The translations under genes and the position numbers were made by a program. A DNA stretch of 64,000 nt from Hyphochytrium catenoides (lineage: Eukaryota; Protista; Hyphochytriomycota), in the NCBI GenBank assembly GCA_900088475.1, contig FLMG01002747.1, positions 1,313 through 65,312 of the forward strand, read 5' to 3'. The first letter of the stretch is position 1. Every line of letters starts with the position of its first letter. Shown here in pieces: positions 50,311-62,647 of the stretch. Below the pieces are notes generated by a model, which had not been told where the DNA came from, ran no database searches, and worked only from the letters and a program-made list of their open reading frames with translations.

Positions 50311-52974
50311 TTAGAGTTCTGGGATTGGCCGCAAAGAAACAGAGGATGGGCAAAGCTCCGCCAGCTCTGTGGCCACGATAGCAGGAGAAGGTAACTCCGA
50401 TACATATAGGACGTTCCAAGGTGCATAGATCTTGACTCGAGTGTTACTCTGAAGGTTATTTTTCTCCGCCCAACTGCAATTACAGGCAGGAGAAATGGAA
50501 GGAAAAAGTAGCCGTGGTGAACACGAGAAAGATGAGTGCAGCGAACCAAGGCGAGAAAACTCAGAAGAACAAATAGAGGTTAGAATGGGCGAGGGTAGGT
50601 GCAGTTATAGGACCACAGCACTTTCAACCGCCTCATCACTGCTCAACCAAGGAACAAACAGCCATGGGGTGAATTCGGTAAGCATAAAGTTCTAACCTGT
50701 AGTCAAATAATACGGTGACGTAGGAACCTACACACTTGAGAGTCTTGTCTACGGAAGACGCAAAGTCTGTACTGTCTCCCTCCCTTGATTCGGCCGTAAT
50801 GGCTTCATCATTCGCATCATAGACGTCATGGAGGTAGCACCAGGCGGCATAATGGCGCGAAGAGTCCACACGACCCCTAATGATGGTAATAGCCAACCAT
50901 GGCCGTACCCGAGGGTTGTCCAGAGACGAACGATGGCTGGCCTGCACAGAGATTTATCGATGAGGTGAGTAGAATCGGGATGAAATGTATGGACGGCAAT
51001 GACAAGACTGGAAGGTAGCAAACAGGGATTAGTGTCAGACTCACCGTAGCAGAAGAGGAAAAGAGAGCGATATCTCTCTGCCTACTTCGACTTGAGCGCC
51101 CCAAAATAGCAAGGGGTCCTGAGAGAAATCTGGATGGACTGTTTCTCTTTCGTTTCTTGGGGCTCGGAGTGGTTTGCTGTCCAGTGCCATTGATGCTTCT
51201 GGTTAAAATCGGCGAGTGACCAGCCGCGCGGCTGCGCAGAGCTCTTCCGCCTGATNNNNNNNNNNNNNNNNNNNNNNNNNNNNNNNNNNNNNNNNNNNNN
51301 NNNNNNNTTACCGGGACCGAATTCTCATCACTGAAGTCACAAATTTCGACAGCACTTCGTCTCTGATGGGAACATGACCAACATTGAGGGGCGTCAAAGA
51401 ACAAGAGTCAGTTGAAGTCAATAATGGGCCAAAAGGAGAGCGGAACAGGATACAATGAGCATAGTAAGGGAACAACGATCCAAAGAAGTTCAAAATGGAG
51501 AAATGAAGATATAGGGACTTCCTATCGCACTAGCTGCTCTAATTTTCAGCGTACCCGATTGGACGTAGGTAGGGGAGTGATAGGAGCAGGAGACCGGGTC
51601 GCGGCGGGTCCAGTCGAGGAAGACGCTTTTGCCAGTAGCTCAGTGAACTTCAGCCTAAAGGATAACCGAATGCAAATGATCAGCCTATCAAACTTCAAGC
51701 CATACATTCAGAAAGTCTTTTGGGAATGGCACGCTGGAAGAAACATTCACTATTGCTTTGTAATGGACAAGCGACGTAACAAAACAATCAACGTTGTGGA
51801 GTGGAGCCGATAAAAGAATGAAAAGATAGAGGGCGGTGATGCGAGCCAGCGTGAAAGCCTAAACAGGGCGATAACATAAGACCATGGTCGCACCTAGGCT
51901 GCGAAGCACTAAGTCGTCTAAGGTCGACAGATCTAGCTTTAGTGTAACTCCCTGCGCCTTTCCCTTTAGAGCACCCAATGCCTGAGGAAGTCTTTGCTGC
52001 GAGACGGGAAGAACTTCTCACCAAACCACTGCCCGTCCGCAGCCAGTGAGCCGGACGGTCATTGATAAGCTCAAGAGATCCTGCGAGGGTGGCTCTTCTT
52101 CTGTGTTGGCTTCCCCGTCCTTTTTCCTCCTGAGATGCCCGATAGTAGGCTTGGCTACCCTCCGACTGGGAGGCGGAGCTTATTCCGGAGTAAGAATGTC
52201 TCTTGGGTATNNNNNNNNNNNNNNNNNNNNNNNNNNNNNNNNNNNNNNNNNNNNNNNNNNNNNNNNNNTTGACATCGAAAAGGTACTGACTTTCCGCGGC
52301 GTTGATGTCACCTCTTTGGCCAAGGGTGCTTCCTACGCCAGAGCTAGCAGTCTCATCTGCTTGGTTCTGAGAGAGAGAAAGATGAAGGCTATAGTTATCA
52401 TCCTCTTGTTCAGCATCTTCATCCTCTTTCGGTTCAGGTCCTGCCATATGGGAGAGATAAGGGAGGTCTATTACGAAGTCGAACGGCACTAACATAAGTG
52501 ACAGGACTGGAAGAGTAAGATTGGTAGTAAATGCCCTTCTGGGTCCAAGCGCAGCTACCTAATTTTTTGTCACATACCAAGTTGCATTATAGATCGCCGC
52601 TTCAAGGCACGGCGGCTCTTTCTGACGCCAAATGACGACCGCTTTGTAGCCCTCCCATTTGTAGACTGCTGTTGCACAGATTCGCTGTCGTGAATTGACT
52701 CTTCCGCATCGTGAGACTCCTAAAGCCAGAAGTTGTTAGGACTTGAGATAGCACTAGCATGGATATGGAATTGTATTTACCGTGTAAGAGTATGTCTCCT
52801 CCAGGTACCCCACGGAGCCCTGAGGCATCTCCTCGCGGTCATGATCATAGAAGATTTGTTCATCTAGGTCACAAGCGCCACGATAAGGGTCTCATAGTAA
52901 ACTGGAGCAGCCAGGAAAGGTTCACACATACCCTCAGATTCATAGTCCTCTCGGTTGGACTGCAGGGAGTTCAT
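50311..52974 (-). CDS. Multi-exon protein with disordered acidic/Ser-rich N-terminus and putative C-terminal OB-fold (SPIDR-like); contains two N gaps
   Basis: ATG 52974 MNSLQSNREDYESE|DEQIFYD with in-frame GT-AG joins. Last exons read VGSYVTVLFDY|SWAEKNNLQSNTRVKIYAPWNVLYVSELPSPAIVATELAELC, then TAA at 50311. Confidence 0.6.
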
Positions 52975-54396
52975 GAGGACTAATGACTTATTTGCGTTGC
53001 ATGCGGGCGGTCGACGGTTTGGGGTGGACTAATCAGTGTTGTGGTATACCAAACGCTTCTGCAGAAACTATTTCAGCAGGCTTTCTATGAAGCACGCGAA
53101 GGCTTCCCTTACCAAAAAAGAAGCAGGATGCCATGTTCTGTCGTTTGCAGAGCCTTTTTCAATAGGCTTCAATTTTCTCGCACTTCAGGATGACTGGAAT
53201 GCGAGCATCGTCATACGTGGTCACAACACGCACTCTATCAGAAGAGCAAGCCGCACCAGCCATAATAAGAGAGGCAGCTACTGCCGACGCATAATCTCCA
53301 CTTCTTTTCGTTTTTCCTCCATATCCAGCCCAGAAGCTGATTTCTGAAGCTCCGCTGGCCGATAATCTGCAGAGAGAAGACGCTGTTGCCGCAATTTCCA
53401 TCACAGACACGACCAAATTGACTCTATTCTCTGTGTAAATGCTTCAGACAGGACCGTAAACGCTTTCAAGGTCGGAAATTCGGCCTCTGCAAAAAATCGC
53501 CATTATTGAAGCTCTTTTTCCCGCCAAATTGTGGTAGCTGAGATACACGCTTTCTTAAGTGCGTCGTACACGTTATGTGAAGTATGTGTTGCAGTACAAC
53601 GGGAAACAGTTCACTTCATCCGTTTCGTCTCGGGACATCAGCCATCACCACGGCACGTCTTCACCTACTCCTTCATCATCATCTTCTGTCATAATAGTGG
53701 AGGTTGCCACCGGCCTCCAGCAGATCCGGGCCATTGGAAAGAGGAGGCGCTGTGCAGATGCTTTGTCACCACCACATCAGCCTTCTTGTCGCTGCTCATC
53801 GAGTTGTTGTCTGTGGTCTTGGTTGTTGCCAACAAGTAGTAGTGTGTCCTCCCAGAGCAACAGGGTAGAGAAGAATCATACTTCTTTCCTCCACTTCTTC
53901 TGCTCAAGCCTCTTCTTCTGCTCAAGCCTCACCAATACCCGCATACTCCTCCCTCATCCTGCAATCATTTGTTACTGCGGCTTTTGTCGCCTGGTCCTCC
54001 ACGGGCCCTCGCCGGACGTGTGGTCTCCTCACGCTCCCGATGCCTGCGTCAACCGACTTGTTCTATCATTCGTGATTACCGTTCCTGTTTGTTACTAGTA
54101 GTGCATCCAACAGCAATGCGCCCTGCTTCCAGACTTTAACCTCGGACAGAGGTGGCACAACGTGGCCGACCAAATGCTGTAGCTGAAGGCTAGGCATTGG
54201 CTCGTATGCATGAGGTTGCAAAAGTATAGTCTATATTAGGCCGACCACTATGTTGGAAGGAGTTCAGTGAAAGCATGGAACATCATTGGAACGTGCGAAT
54301 AAAGGCGGATGATAGTATTCCGTCCTAGTATCAACAGAAGAGCTACGTGGTGACGACAAATGGTTCTCCTCTCTTGAGCGGCAGCAACAATCACAG

Positions 54397-55728
54397 ATGT
54401 CCCAAGATAGTGAGGACCAACCCCTTCCCTGCAACGGGTCAAGTCATCCCAGGATGAAACCTTCAGCGACAGAGGAGCAGCCCTTAGGCTTCAGTCAGTT
54501 CTCAGCATTACGTTCAGGTCAGGTGGTCAGGAATAATAAGGGATCAAGTGAATCAACGCCCAGAACGAAGGCACGATTTTGGAGGTTGTCATTCCTCGGC
54601 AGTGCTTTCAAGTCTATATCGTTTTGGGCCTCATTGCTCAATCTTTTAGGCTCGGTGGGATATATTGCAGCAGATTTTGCTCGAGGATATATTGGAGAGC
54701 ATGCCGCCTTCTCTGGTGCACTTTATATAGTCCTCGGCTTTAGCTTCCTCTTTGATGCAGTTCTTTACTTGCTCAGCTGGTACCCAGCATGGCCAGAAAG
54801 ACTTTATCCGGACTTTGCAGCAGAGGCTATCAACATTCTAGGCAGCTGCATATATGCATCGACGTCTATCATGTACCTTAAAGAGTACAATCCTAACGAG
54901 AAGTTCGTGCTTATCGACGCAGTCATAATCTTGGAGTACATCGCAGCCGTTCTTTTTCTGTTTGATTCTCTTCTCTATGGCGTGCCCTGGTTCAGAGAGG
55001 CATGGCAACCATTCGTCGAACAGAGAAAGCTCGTGATAGAAAGGAAGAAGGAGAACAAGGAACGGGAGGAAGTGCCACTGCCTACTGCCACTTCCAGCAG
55101 TAGTCAAATAGAGAAGAGCGGCAGCAATAGAGGCATGCATCAACAACGTGCCATCACTGCTGCCCCGCAGAAAAAAGACATGGAGACTTGTATGGGTGGT
55201 GGGCATACGAGCAATGGACTAGTTGCTATTATTATGGCCTCAATTTGCAGCATAGGATTCTGGGAGAATGCACTGAACGTGCTCCCGTCACTTCTCTACG
55301 TCACCGGCGGCACTCTGGGTGTGTTCGTGCAGTTTTTTGAGGAGAAGGAGCTAGGTAAGTTTGTCGTCAACCAGAACATCTCTTGCCCTCAGGCCGCCAA
55401 CTTGGAGCATTTTACCGCTTTTCTACGGAGCCAGAAGATCTACTATAAGGACGTCCGAGTGCCAGAAAGGTCACTATTTTGCAGGGGAGGAGAACTGCAT
55501 ATTGACTTGTTGAGATTAGATCATAAGGATATGAAGACCCTAGGGATCACCAACCCCAAGGTTGGGTTTGCGAGAGCCCTTCGTCTGGCTTCTCAGGTCT
55601 ATGTGGTTGGTGACGTGCTGTGGTTCCTGGACGCGTTGATCTCCATGTTCTGCTGGTTCCGGAGCGTACGCAACTTATTTAAGGATAAGAAGGTCAAAGA
55701 AGGAAGCATAGCTAGTGAGGAAGCATGA
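54397..55728 (+). CDS. Uncharacterised 6-TM membrane protein (three YrhK-like helix-hairpin repeats), paralogue M1, intronless
   Basis: 443-aa ORF with three repeats of N-x-L-[GP]-S-x2-Y ... [FW]-x-x-D. Confidence 0.85.
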   Translation: MSQDSEDQPLPCNGSSHPRMKPSATEEQPLGFSQFSALRSGQVVRNNKGSSESTPRTKARFWRLSFLGSAFKSISFWASLLNLLGSVGYIAADFARGYIGEHAAFSGALYIVLGFSFLFDAVLYLLSWYPAWPERLYPDFAAEAINILGSCIYASTSIMYLKEYNPNEKFVLIDAVIILEYIAAVLFLFDSLLYGVPWFREAWQPFVEQRKLVIERKKENKEREEVPLPTATSSSSQIEKSGSNRGMHQQRAITAAPQKKDMETCMGGGHTSNGLVAIIMASICSIGFWENALNVLPSLLYVTGGTLGVFVQFFEEKELGKFVVNQNISCPQAANLEHFTAFLRSQKIYYKDVRVPERSLFCRGGELHIDLLRLDHKDMKTLGITNPKVGFARALRLASQVYVVGDVLWFLDALISMFCWFRSVRNLFKDKKVKEGSIASEEA

Positions 55729-57583
55729 TGGAGCCTACAATGCTCTATTAGCTTGGTAGAAGAGGTGTGATAGCCGCAAAGTAAAAGAAGGAAGGTGGCC
55801 TCGCAATCGTTCTTTGGATGCGACAATAACGAAAGACGCCTGTCCATCCCTGACTTCTTGTCGTGGTAGAGTGCCTGTACTTAGAGATGGCTAGTTATGA
55901 GACTGTTATATTGTCCTATTTGTGGTGCCTCTCTTGATAGTGTACTGACTTCTATTGTTCCTGCTACTACGCTACTAGGGTGAGCCTCCAACGCTACTCT
56001 TCATTCGCTGAGTTCTCTCTGTTCCCACTCTTCTACCATCTTCCTTTCTAGCGCTGCGGGGCGCGAGAATACTCCTGCCTATAAAGCCCTGGCCAGAAGA
56101 GTGAGAGCAAAAGTGACTGGAGCTTCTCCTCATCATGATCAGCGCCGCCACTGAAGGAGAAGCGAGACAGTAGTAGAGAAATGAAGGTAAAAGAGATTGG
56201 GAAGCTAATAAATCAAGTCTTTAGTATCGCTGAGCACAATGATGATGTCCAGGAAGGTCAACCGATCAGCCCTGACCTGCTGCCATCACTGCCCCTCTTC
56301 CTTCAAAAACTAAACTAGGATTCTTCTTCCTTCTCCAACATTAATAGTGAGGCAGGAGGAGGAGGAGAACGCGTTGAAGAGTCAACCAGAGCTTTGTAGC
56401 TTCTCGTCTCCTCTTCACCTTTCTTCGTCTTCTCCTTCTTCTTCTTCTCTTCCCGCCTCTTTCTTCTTCTTCTTCATCCACTTCTTCTTAGTAGTAGTAG
56501 AGCTAGCAAGGCCAGCTGTAAGGCCTTAGTAGTTTTCCTAGTAATAAAAGAATGGAGAAGGAATCGATATTCTCTCGTCCGTTACAGGCCGGGCTGATGC
56601 CTGGACCGTTAGCGGCTCTCCACAGGAATGTAGGGATGGATCTCCTTGGAAACTTCAAGTGACCCATCGCCTGGCACCTTCTTCCCACGCTGTCGCTCCA
56701 CTAGCAGCAGGGAAGGAAGGACCCGACTGGAAACAGTCACCGACAGATGAGAGAGAGACAGAGCGAAGAGAGAGAGAGTGAGAGAGTGGACGAGAAGAGA
56801 AAGAGAGGAACAGAGAGTGTGAGAGAGAGAGGAAGAGAAAGTGTGAGAGAGAGAGGAACAGAGAAAGACAGGGGAAGAGAGGAAGGGAGAGAGAGAGGAG
56901 ACAGAGCCAGAGAGAAGACACATGAGAGAACACAGAGCAACAAAGAGAGAGAGAAAGGGCTGAGTGGTGCACAGACACAGCAGCGGTTGGCAGGCAGGTT
57001 AACCAACAGTCTCATAGAGAGGTACAAGAGAAAGGCTGATCCTTCTTAGAAAAAGTCCGTCAATTTCCAGTGGTCGTAGAGGCTAATAACTAAGAAAAGG
57101 AGCAGAACATGATTCCGTTGACACCTCAGCACACCGCCTGCTGGATCTCAGGCAGCTAATCGCCTTCTCCTCAACCATGAGAATGGCTCTTGAAGAGGGA
57201 GGTAACTGATTATAATGATGGACTGTGGTGCATCTCGGCAGTAAAGAAGTAGTAGCGAGCCCAGCCACCCACACAAGCAGAAAGTGAGGCCACCATAGGA
57301 TGGTGAGGACGCTTTGATAGAGATGATAACGTTGTTTTGTCTAGATGTCTCTTACTTCTCTTTGTTCCCGCTTTCTCCTCCAGTATGAAAAGTTACCAGG
57401 CCCTTTTTGCTAGTCCTGCGCCGCCGTTGTGCAGAAGTAGTAGAAGTTAGAGCACAGGGTCGCACGCTGATGAGAAACACTGACAGCGTCATGTCCAGAC
57501 AGAATTGAGCATTAGTTGTCCTGCTCCTCATCACGCGACGGTCGTTATCACCCTGTCATAATGGACAAACGCCGAGATCTACA

Positions 57584-58927
57584 ATGCGGGTAGGCCATCG
57601 CCGGAAGACCGAGGCCGAGGTCTGCTGGTCCTTCCAGAAGCTTGGGACCTTGGCCTTCTGGAACTCGCTTCTCAATGTTCTGGGTTCAGCAGGTTATGTG
57701 GCCCAGTGGGCGGCCATATTTATGGTCAATGAAGAGGAAGTCTTCGGCTATTCCCAAAGATTCATTACGCTGGTGCTGGCTTTCATTGTCTTGGTTGACT
57801 CACTTCTATCTCTCTCCCTCTCACTCCGGGGCCCAGCTGGCCCACAGCCTTTCTTCCCTGACCTTGCTGCCGCGCTTCTAAACGTCGTCGGGAGTATTAT
57901 CTATGGCGTAACGGCGGTTATGACAGACGAGGGATATATTCTTCTACTAGAGTACATCGCTGCGCTTATCTTTCTGATAGACTCAGTCCTATACTGCATG
58001 CCTTGGTATGAGGACGCTGGAAAGAAGATAGACAGTGGAGAGAAGAAAAGAAGGAGCTCTTCCTCTCCTCTCAGTATCCGACGTCATCATGGTGATATTC
58101 ACAAGACTGGCAAGAGAAAGAAAGAGCAAGCATGGGAATGGAAGACTCTGTTGTCTTCCTTAACCTCCTTTCCCTTTCTTCGAATCCTGGCGTCTGAAGC
58201 ATTGTCTCTTGAGTTCTGGGAGCATGCGCTAAATATTCTTCCTTCCTTACTCTACGTTTTAGCGGGCACGTTGGGACTTTGGCTCTTCGTGCTTCAAAGA
58301 GGTCAGGATTTTTATCTCTGGTATCTTCTAAATTATCGATGCACCTCGCGAGGGAGGCCTAGAAACCGGCTTTCTCTCTCTGCCCTCGTCCAAGGAGCTG
58401 GAGAAGGGAGAGAGAAGGGGTCTCGCCGTCAACGTTGCTTCTTCTCCAGAGGAGAGAAGACGGTCACCAACGTCATACTTTACGCAGAGACACTTCAAGC
58501 ACTGAATCTATGGGTCTACGTCCTGGCAGATACACTCTGGCTTTTAGATGCTTTTCTTATAATGCAGTCGAGTATCCAAAGTGCAAGAGAGGAAGAGAGA
58601 GAAGTAGGTAAGAGGCGAGGGCAAGTCGAGAGGAAGAAAGAACCAACGGATGGCAGTCTGAAGGCAGATACTCTACATCTCTTTCCGATAGCGCTTGACA
58701 GCCAACAGAGGGATGGGAAAGAAGATTTTCGCCTCTCTCTCTCTCTCTTCCATCATGAAGAAGACAATACCGTGGCGGCTAGAACTCGAAAGAGACCAGT
58801 GCAGCAAGCACCTGAGCTCTCTCGCTCTTCTTGGCCAAGATATGAGACCGTTGGGGCCCCTTCCCTCCCTATCCCTTATCAACCCCAGGGCACTCTGGCT
58901 TTATCACCTCCTTCTCTATTCACCTGA
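57584..58927 (+). CDS. 6-TM membrane protein paralogue M2, intronless
   Basis: FWNSLLNVLGSAGY, PDLAAALLNVVGSIIY, LEYIAALIFLIDSVLY, FWEHALNILPSLLY and VYVLADTLWLLDA align with M1. Confidence 0.85.
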   Translation: MRVGHRRKTEAEVCWSFQKLGTLAFWNSLLNVLGSAGYVAQWAAIFMVNEEEVFGYSQRFITLVLAFIVLVDSLLSLSLSLRGPAGPQPFFPDLAAALLNVVGSIIYGVTAVMTDEGYILLLEYIAALIFLIDSVLYCMPWYEDAGKKIDSGEKKRRSSSSPLSIRRHHGDIHKTGKRKKEQAWEWKTLLSSLTSFPFLRILASEALSLEFWEHALNILPSLLYVLAGTLGLWLFVLQRGQDFYLWYLLNYRCTSRGRPRNRLSLSALVQGAGEGREKGSRRQRCFFSRGEKTVTNVILYAETLQALNLWVYVLADTLWLLDAFLIMQSSIQSAREEEREVGKRRGQVERKKEPTDGSLKADTLHLFPIALDSQQRDGKEDFRLSLSLFHHEEDNTVAARTRKRPVQQAPELSRSSWPRYETVGAPSLPIPYQPQGTLALSPPSLFT

Positions 58928-59349
58928 ACGCTTACTGACTGGGAGGGCGCCTTCCCCTTAACGATCATGGACGTAGGATAGGTCGAATGCAAAATTTTCT
59001 TCCTTGACCTCCGAGCTACGTATGGCCTACCAAGCGTCGAACACGGGAAAGAACGCATGCAAGGACGGCTCTCCCTCTGTCGCATCGCTTCCTCTCTTTC
59101 TATCCTCTTGCTTCTTTGTTTATTATTGAATCTCTGTTTCTCTTTAACGAGGGCCCAGCTAAGTTCCTAGCAATCAGCTGTCCGAAGCTTAGTAAATCCT
59201 GTCTTCCCTGCTATAAAATATATAAACCTCGTGTATCTTGGTCTTCTCGCTGTACCTCTCTCTCTCCGATCGTTTAGTTCGTTTTCCCTTACTCTGTTTG
59301 ACGCTATTGTCTCTTCTTGCCAAGTCTCGCTCTTGTCTATTCTTGCCAA

Positions 59350-59505
59350 GTCTCTCTCTTCTCTCTCAGTCTCTCTCTTCTGTCTCGGTCTCTCTCTTCT
59401 CTCTCAGTCTCTCTCTTCTCTCTCGATCTCTCTCTTCTCTCTCAGTCTCTCTCTTCTCTCTCGGTCTCTCTCTTCTCTCTCAGTCTCTCTCTTCTCTCTC
59501 GGTCT
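59350..59505. repeat. About 8 copies of a 19-bp CT-derived minisatellite
   Basis: tctctctcttctctctc(ag/gg/ga) periodicity. Confidence 0.85.
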
Positions 59506-60108
59506 CTTGTATGATATCTGCTTTGCTGCGCTTCCGCGTCTCTCTTTCCTCTTCTCACTCCCTGCTTTCTATCCCCTAATCTCTCTCTGTCTTCATCTGC
59601 TCTCTTCTCTCCCCTCTCAGGTGGGGAAGGTACGGCAGCTCTAAACCAGGGAAAGGCACGCCATCTGATTCTCCAGCATCCGTTACTGAAGTGACCGCTA
59701 ACGTGCGGCTCCTCGCTTCTCAAGGCTCCGCCTCAAGCTTCGTCTACTATCAATCTCTCCTCTCTTCTCCTACTTCTTTTAGCCCCTCTTAGCTCTTCTA
59801 TTTGGCTCACTGTCTCTCTCTCTCTTTTCTCTCTCCGTCGCCTCTCTCTGTCCTCTTCCTAGTCTGTCCTCTCTCTCCCTCCTTATGTCTGCCTGCCTCT
59901 CTCTCTCTCCTCACTCTCTCTCCACTCTGTCTCTCTCCTTCTCTCACTCTCTCGGCCCCACATATCTCTTTACTCCTTCTTCTAGGGAGTGCCACCTTCA
60001 CTCCTCGGTCCTCCGTTTCCTCTCTTGTCTTTGGCTTCAAATATTGATATTCCCGCATTCCCTTCTTCCCCGCGATATTAGGGACCGCATGATCTCTTCG
60101 AGTTGCTG

Positions 60109-61080
60109 ATGAGCACCAAGGAAGAGAGGAAGACCAAAGCAGGGCCATTCTCTCTCGCTCTCTTCTTTGCTGCTTCTTCCAAGCCTCCGCACCCTGGCCT
60201 TCTGGAGCTCTCTTCTTGATATCTTGGGCTCTGCAGGCTATGTGGCCCAATGGGGCGCCCTCCTTATGGTCGATGAAGAGGAAATCTTCGGTTATTCTCA
60301 TAGGTTTGTTACGCTGGTGCTGGCCATGCATGATAATGCTTCTTAACTCTCTGTTCTCTCTCTCTTCCTCTTTATCTCTCTCTCTCTTTCCCTCGATCTC
60401 TTTCTCTAGCTCTCTATCCTGCTTAGAAATACTGGCCGAAGTGCTCAACGTCCTCGGCAGTGTTCTTTATGGCATAACCGCGGTGTTGACTCAAGAGAGA
60501 GAGACTCTCGTCCTCGAGTACATTGCATCGATTGTCTTCCTCGTAGGTTCTCTCCTCTACTGCTTCACATGGTACCATCAAGTAGAACATGTGGCTAGAG
60601 ACTGCCGCGAAGGGAAGAAGAAAGATAGCGAAAGCTATCAGGGCGTCGTGAAGAGAGAAGGGAACCTGGGAAAGGGGAAGTTCTCTCTTTCCTCTTCTCT
60701 CCATCTCACCTCCCCTTCGCCATTTAGCTTAGAGCTCTGGAAACATGCGCTCAATGTCTTTCCTGCCTTTCTGTACGTCCTTGCGGGAAATGTGGGACTC
60801 TGGCTCTTTATGCTGCCGGGTAATGGCGACACTGAGCCTCGACGTCTAGGTAGACAAGGAGGAACTTTTTGTCTGTCTCCTCTGCTGTGTCTTCACCCTT
60901 CGGTTAGCCTCCTCTCTGGTAATGATGCTTTGTCTTCCGCTCTGCCTTCTCGGTCTCTCAGGTCCTCTTCTCTCTTTCAGCTACTCTTGTCTCTCTTTTC
61001 CATACATTAAAGCTTTGTCTCTTACGTCCACTCTCGATTCTTTCCTTCTCTCTCTCTTCTGCAGGCCTGTTGACTTCATT

Positions 61081-61118
<38 letters not shown>

Positions 61119-61534
61119 TTGGAAAAGGACCCTTCTCTCTCAGAAACGAGGAAGAGAGTTGTCCCATAAATGCAAACAATAGTGATCCGCTCCTTTGGTA
61201 TCTCTTGACGCACGGCATTCCCCTGATAGCTGAAAGAGGAAGAAGGACAAAAGTAGCCGCAGCAGCAGCAGTCTCTCTCCCTTCTTCTCTCTCACAGGAC
61301 TATAGACAAACAGTAGAGAACGCCGTCTCTCAGCACAGAGTCTCGCTTGAAAAAGGGAGTCTAGGGCTTTATGTGCTAGCTGACTGTCTCTGGTTCTTGG
61401 GAGCGATGCTCTCACTGCACTCAAGTATGACAAGTGCTAGAGAAGAGAGAGAGGGACAAGGCCAAGAAGAAGATGACAAGCTAGAGAGAGATGGGACTAG
61501 ATCAGCTATGGTCTATAGTTACACTCCATTGTGA
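60109..61534 (+). pseudogene. 6-TM paralogue M3, frameshifted near the 5' end, with an apparent intron at 60850-61064 or 60850-61127
   Basis: LAFWSSLLDILGSAGYVAQW lies in a different frame from EVLNVLGSVLY...WKHALNVFPAFLY. CATG duplication at 60325-60332 and further shifts near 60150-60185. Confidence 0.7.
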
Positions 61535-62055
61535 GTTTGCAAGGAAGTATGGAGAAGACCCTGTCTTACCACGGGGAAGGAAAGAGTTGGTTTCCACTCA
61601 GGGCAAGCAGCCAACCTCATCACACCGGAGAAGAAAGACACGAACCCAGCTTCATCACTACCGACAAGAAGAGAGAGAGAAACAGAAAGCGCGGAGGATA
61701 AAATAAGAGTGATATGATAGTCGGAAGAAAGAGGCGGAGAAGAGAGACAAGAAGGGAGAGAGAAGCTGGAGAGAGAGAGAGCGGGAGCCCGCGCAGACGT
61801 CACACTTCAGCTCAAAGGTTTGCCGTTTTATGTCACTTGGACACCTGCAACTAACCTCCGCTGAATGTCCTTCGTTCCACCTTCTTGACCGTGTGGCCGT
61901 AGTTAATATTACAAAGTACTTCTCGACGGCTTATCGTGCTATCGACCTTTTGCCGCTAAATGGCTCTTCCTTTCTCTTTCTCGCATCACTCTTATATCGG
62001 ACCTGCTCTCCGTGCCTCTATGTCTCTCTCCCTCTTTCTGGCTCGTTCCGCAAAC

Positions 62056-62612
62056 CTACTGCATCTTCTCTTGAACTACAGCTGTTTGCCCAACGATCCG
62101 GCCCATAACTCCCTGCGCCGCTTGCCCTACGCCATGAAGAGATTGGTGAAAGATGTAGACTCCTGCCCACACAGCGCTAGACACGAAGATTCCCATCATC
62201 CGTAAGCCAAAGTCCAGTCCGCTCTTCACCATGGGACGCACGGAGGAGAAAGGGCAGAAGAGAGACGTGATGACCTCCGATGGGTTATAAAAGTCTTCCT
62301 GAGAGGCAATGACCCATCTTAACGCTTGTCTCTTCTCTTTTCCTTCTTCTCCCGCTTCTTGTTGTTCTTCTGGTCGTAGAAGTCTGAGAGTGAAGAGCGA
62401 GAGGACCCTAATCTCTGTCTTGGAAGGGAAGAATAGAGGATGGATGTGATACCGCACTTCGGTCATGACTGTAAGTTTCTCCCTGTCAATGACTGCAACC
62501 GAGGATGGCATAAAGAGGATGGTCAGCACTCAGGTGAGATCAACTACTAAGAAGCGTTAGGCCACATTGAAGAGCCGATGGAGACGAGCCAAAAATAGGA
62601 AAGAAGAAGAAA

Positions 62613-62647
<35 letters not shown>

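Noticed and set aside
49830-50549. 239-aa minus-strand ORF
   Set aside because: Wrong frame; the spliced last exon uses another frame ending at 50311, and the rest is CT repeat.
53559-54098. 179-aa ORF between the SPIDR-like gene and M1
   Set aside because: Non-ATG start, low complexity, includes an 18-bp duplication, and has no recognisable motif.
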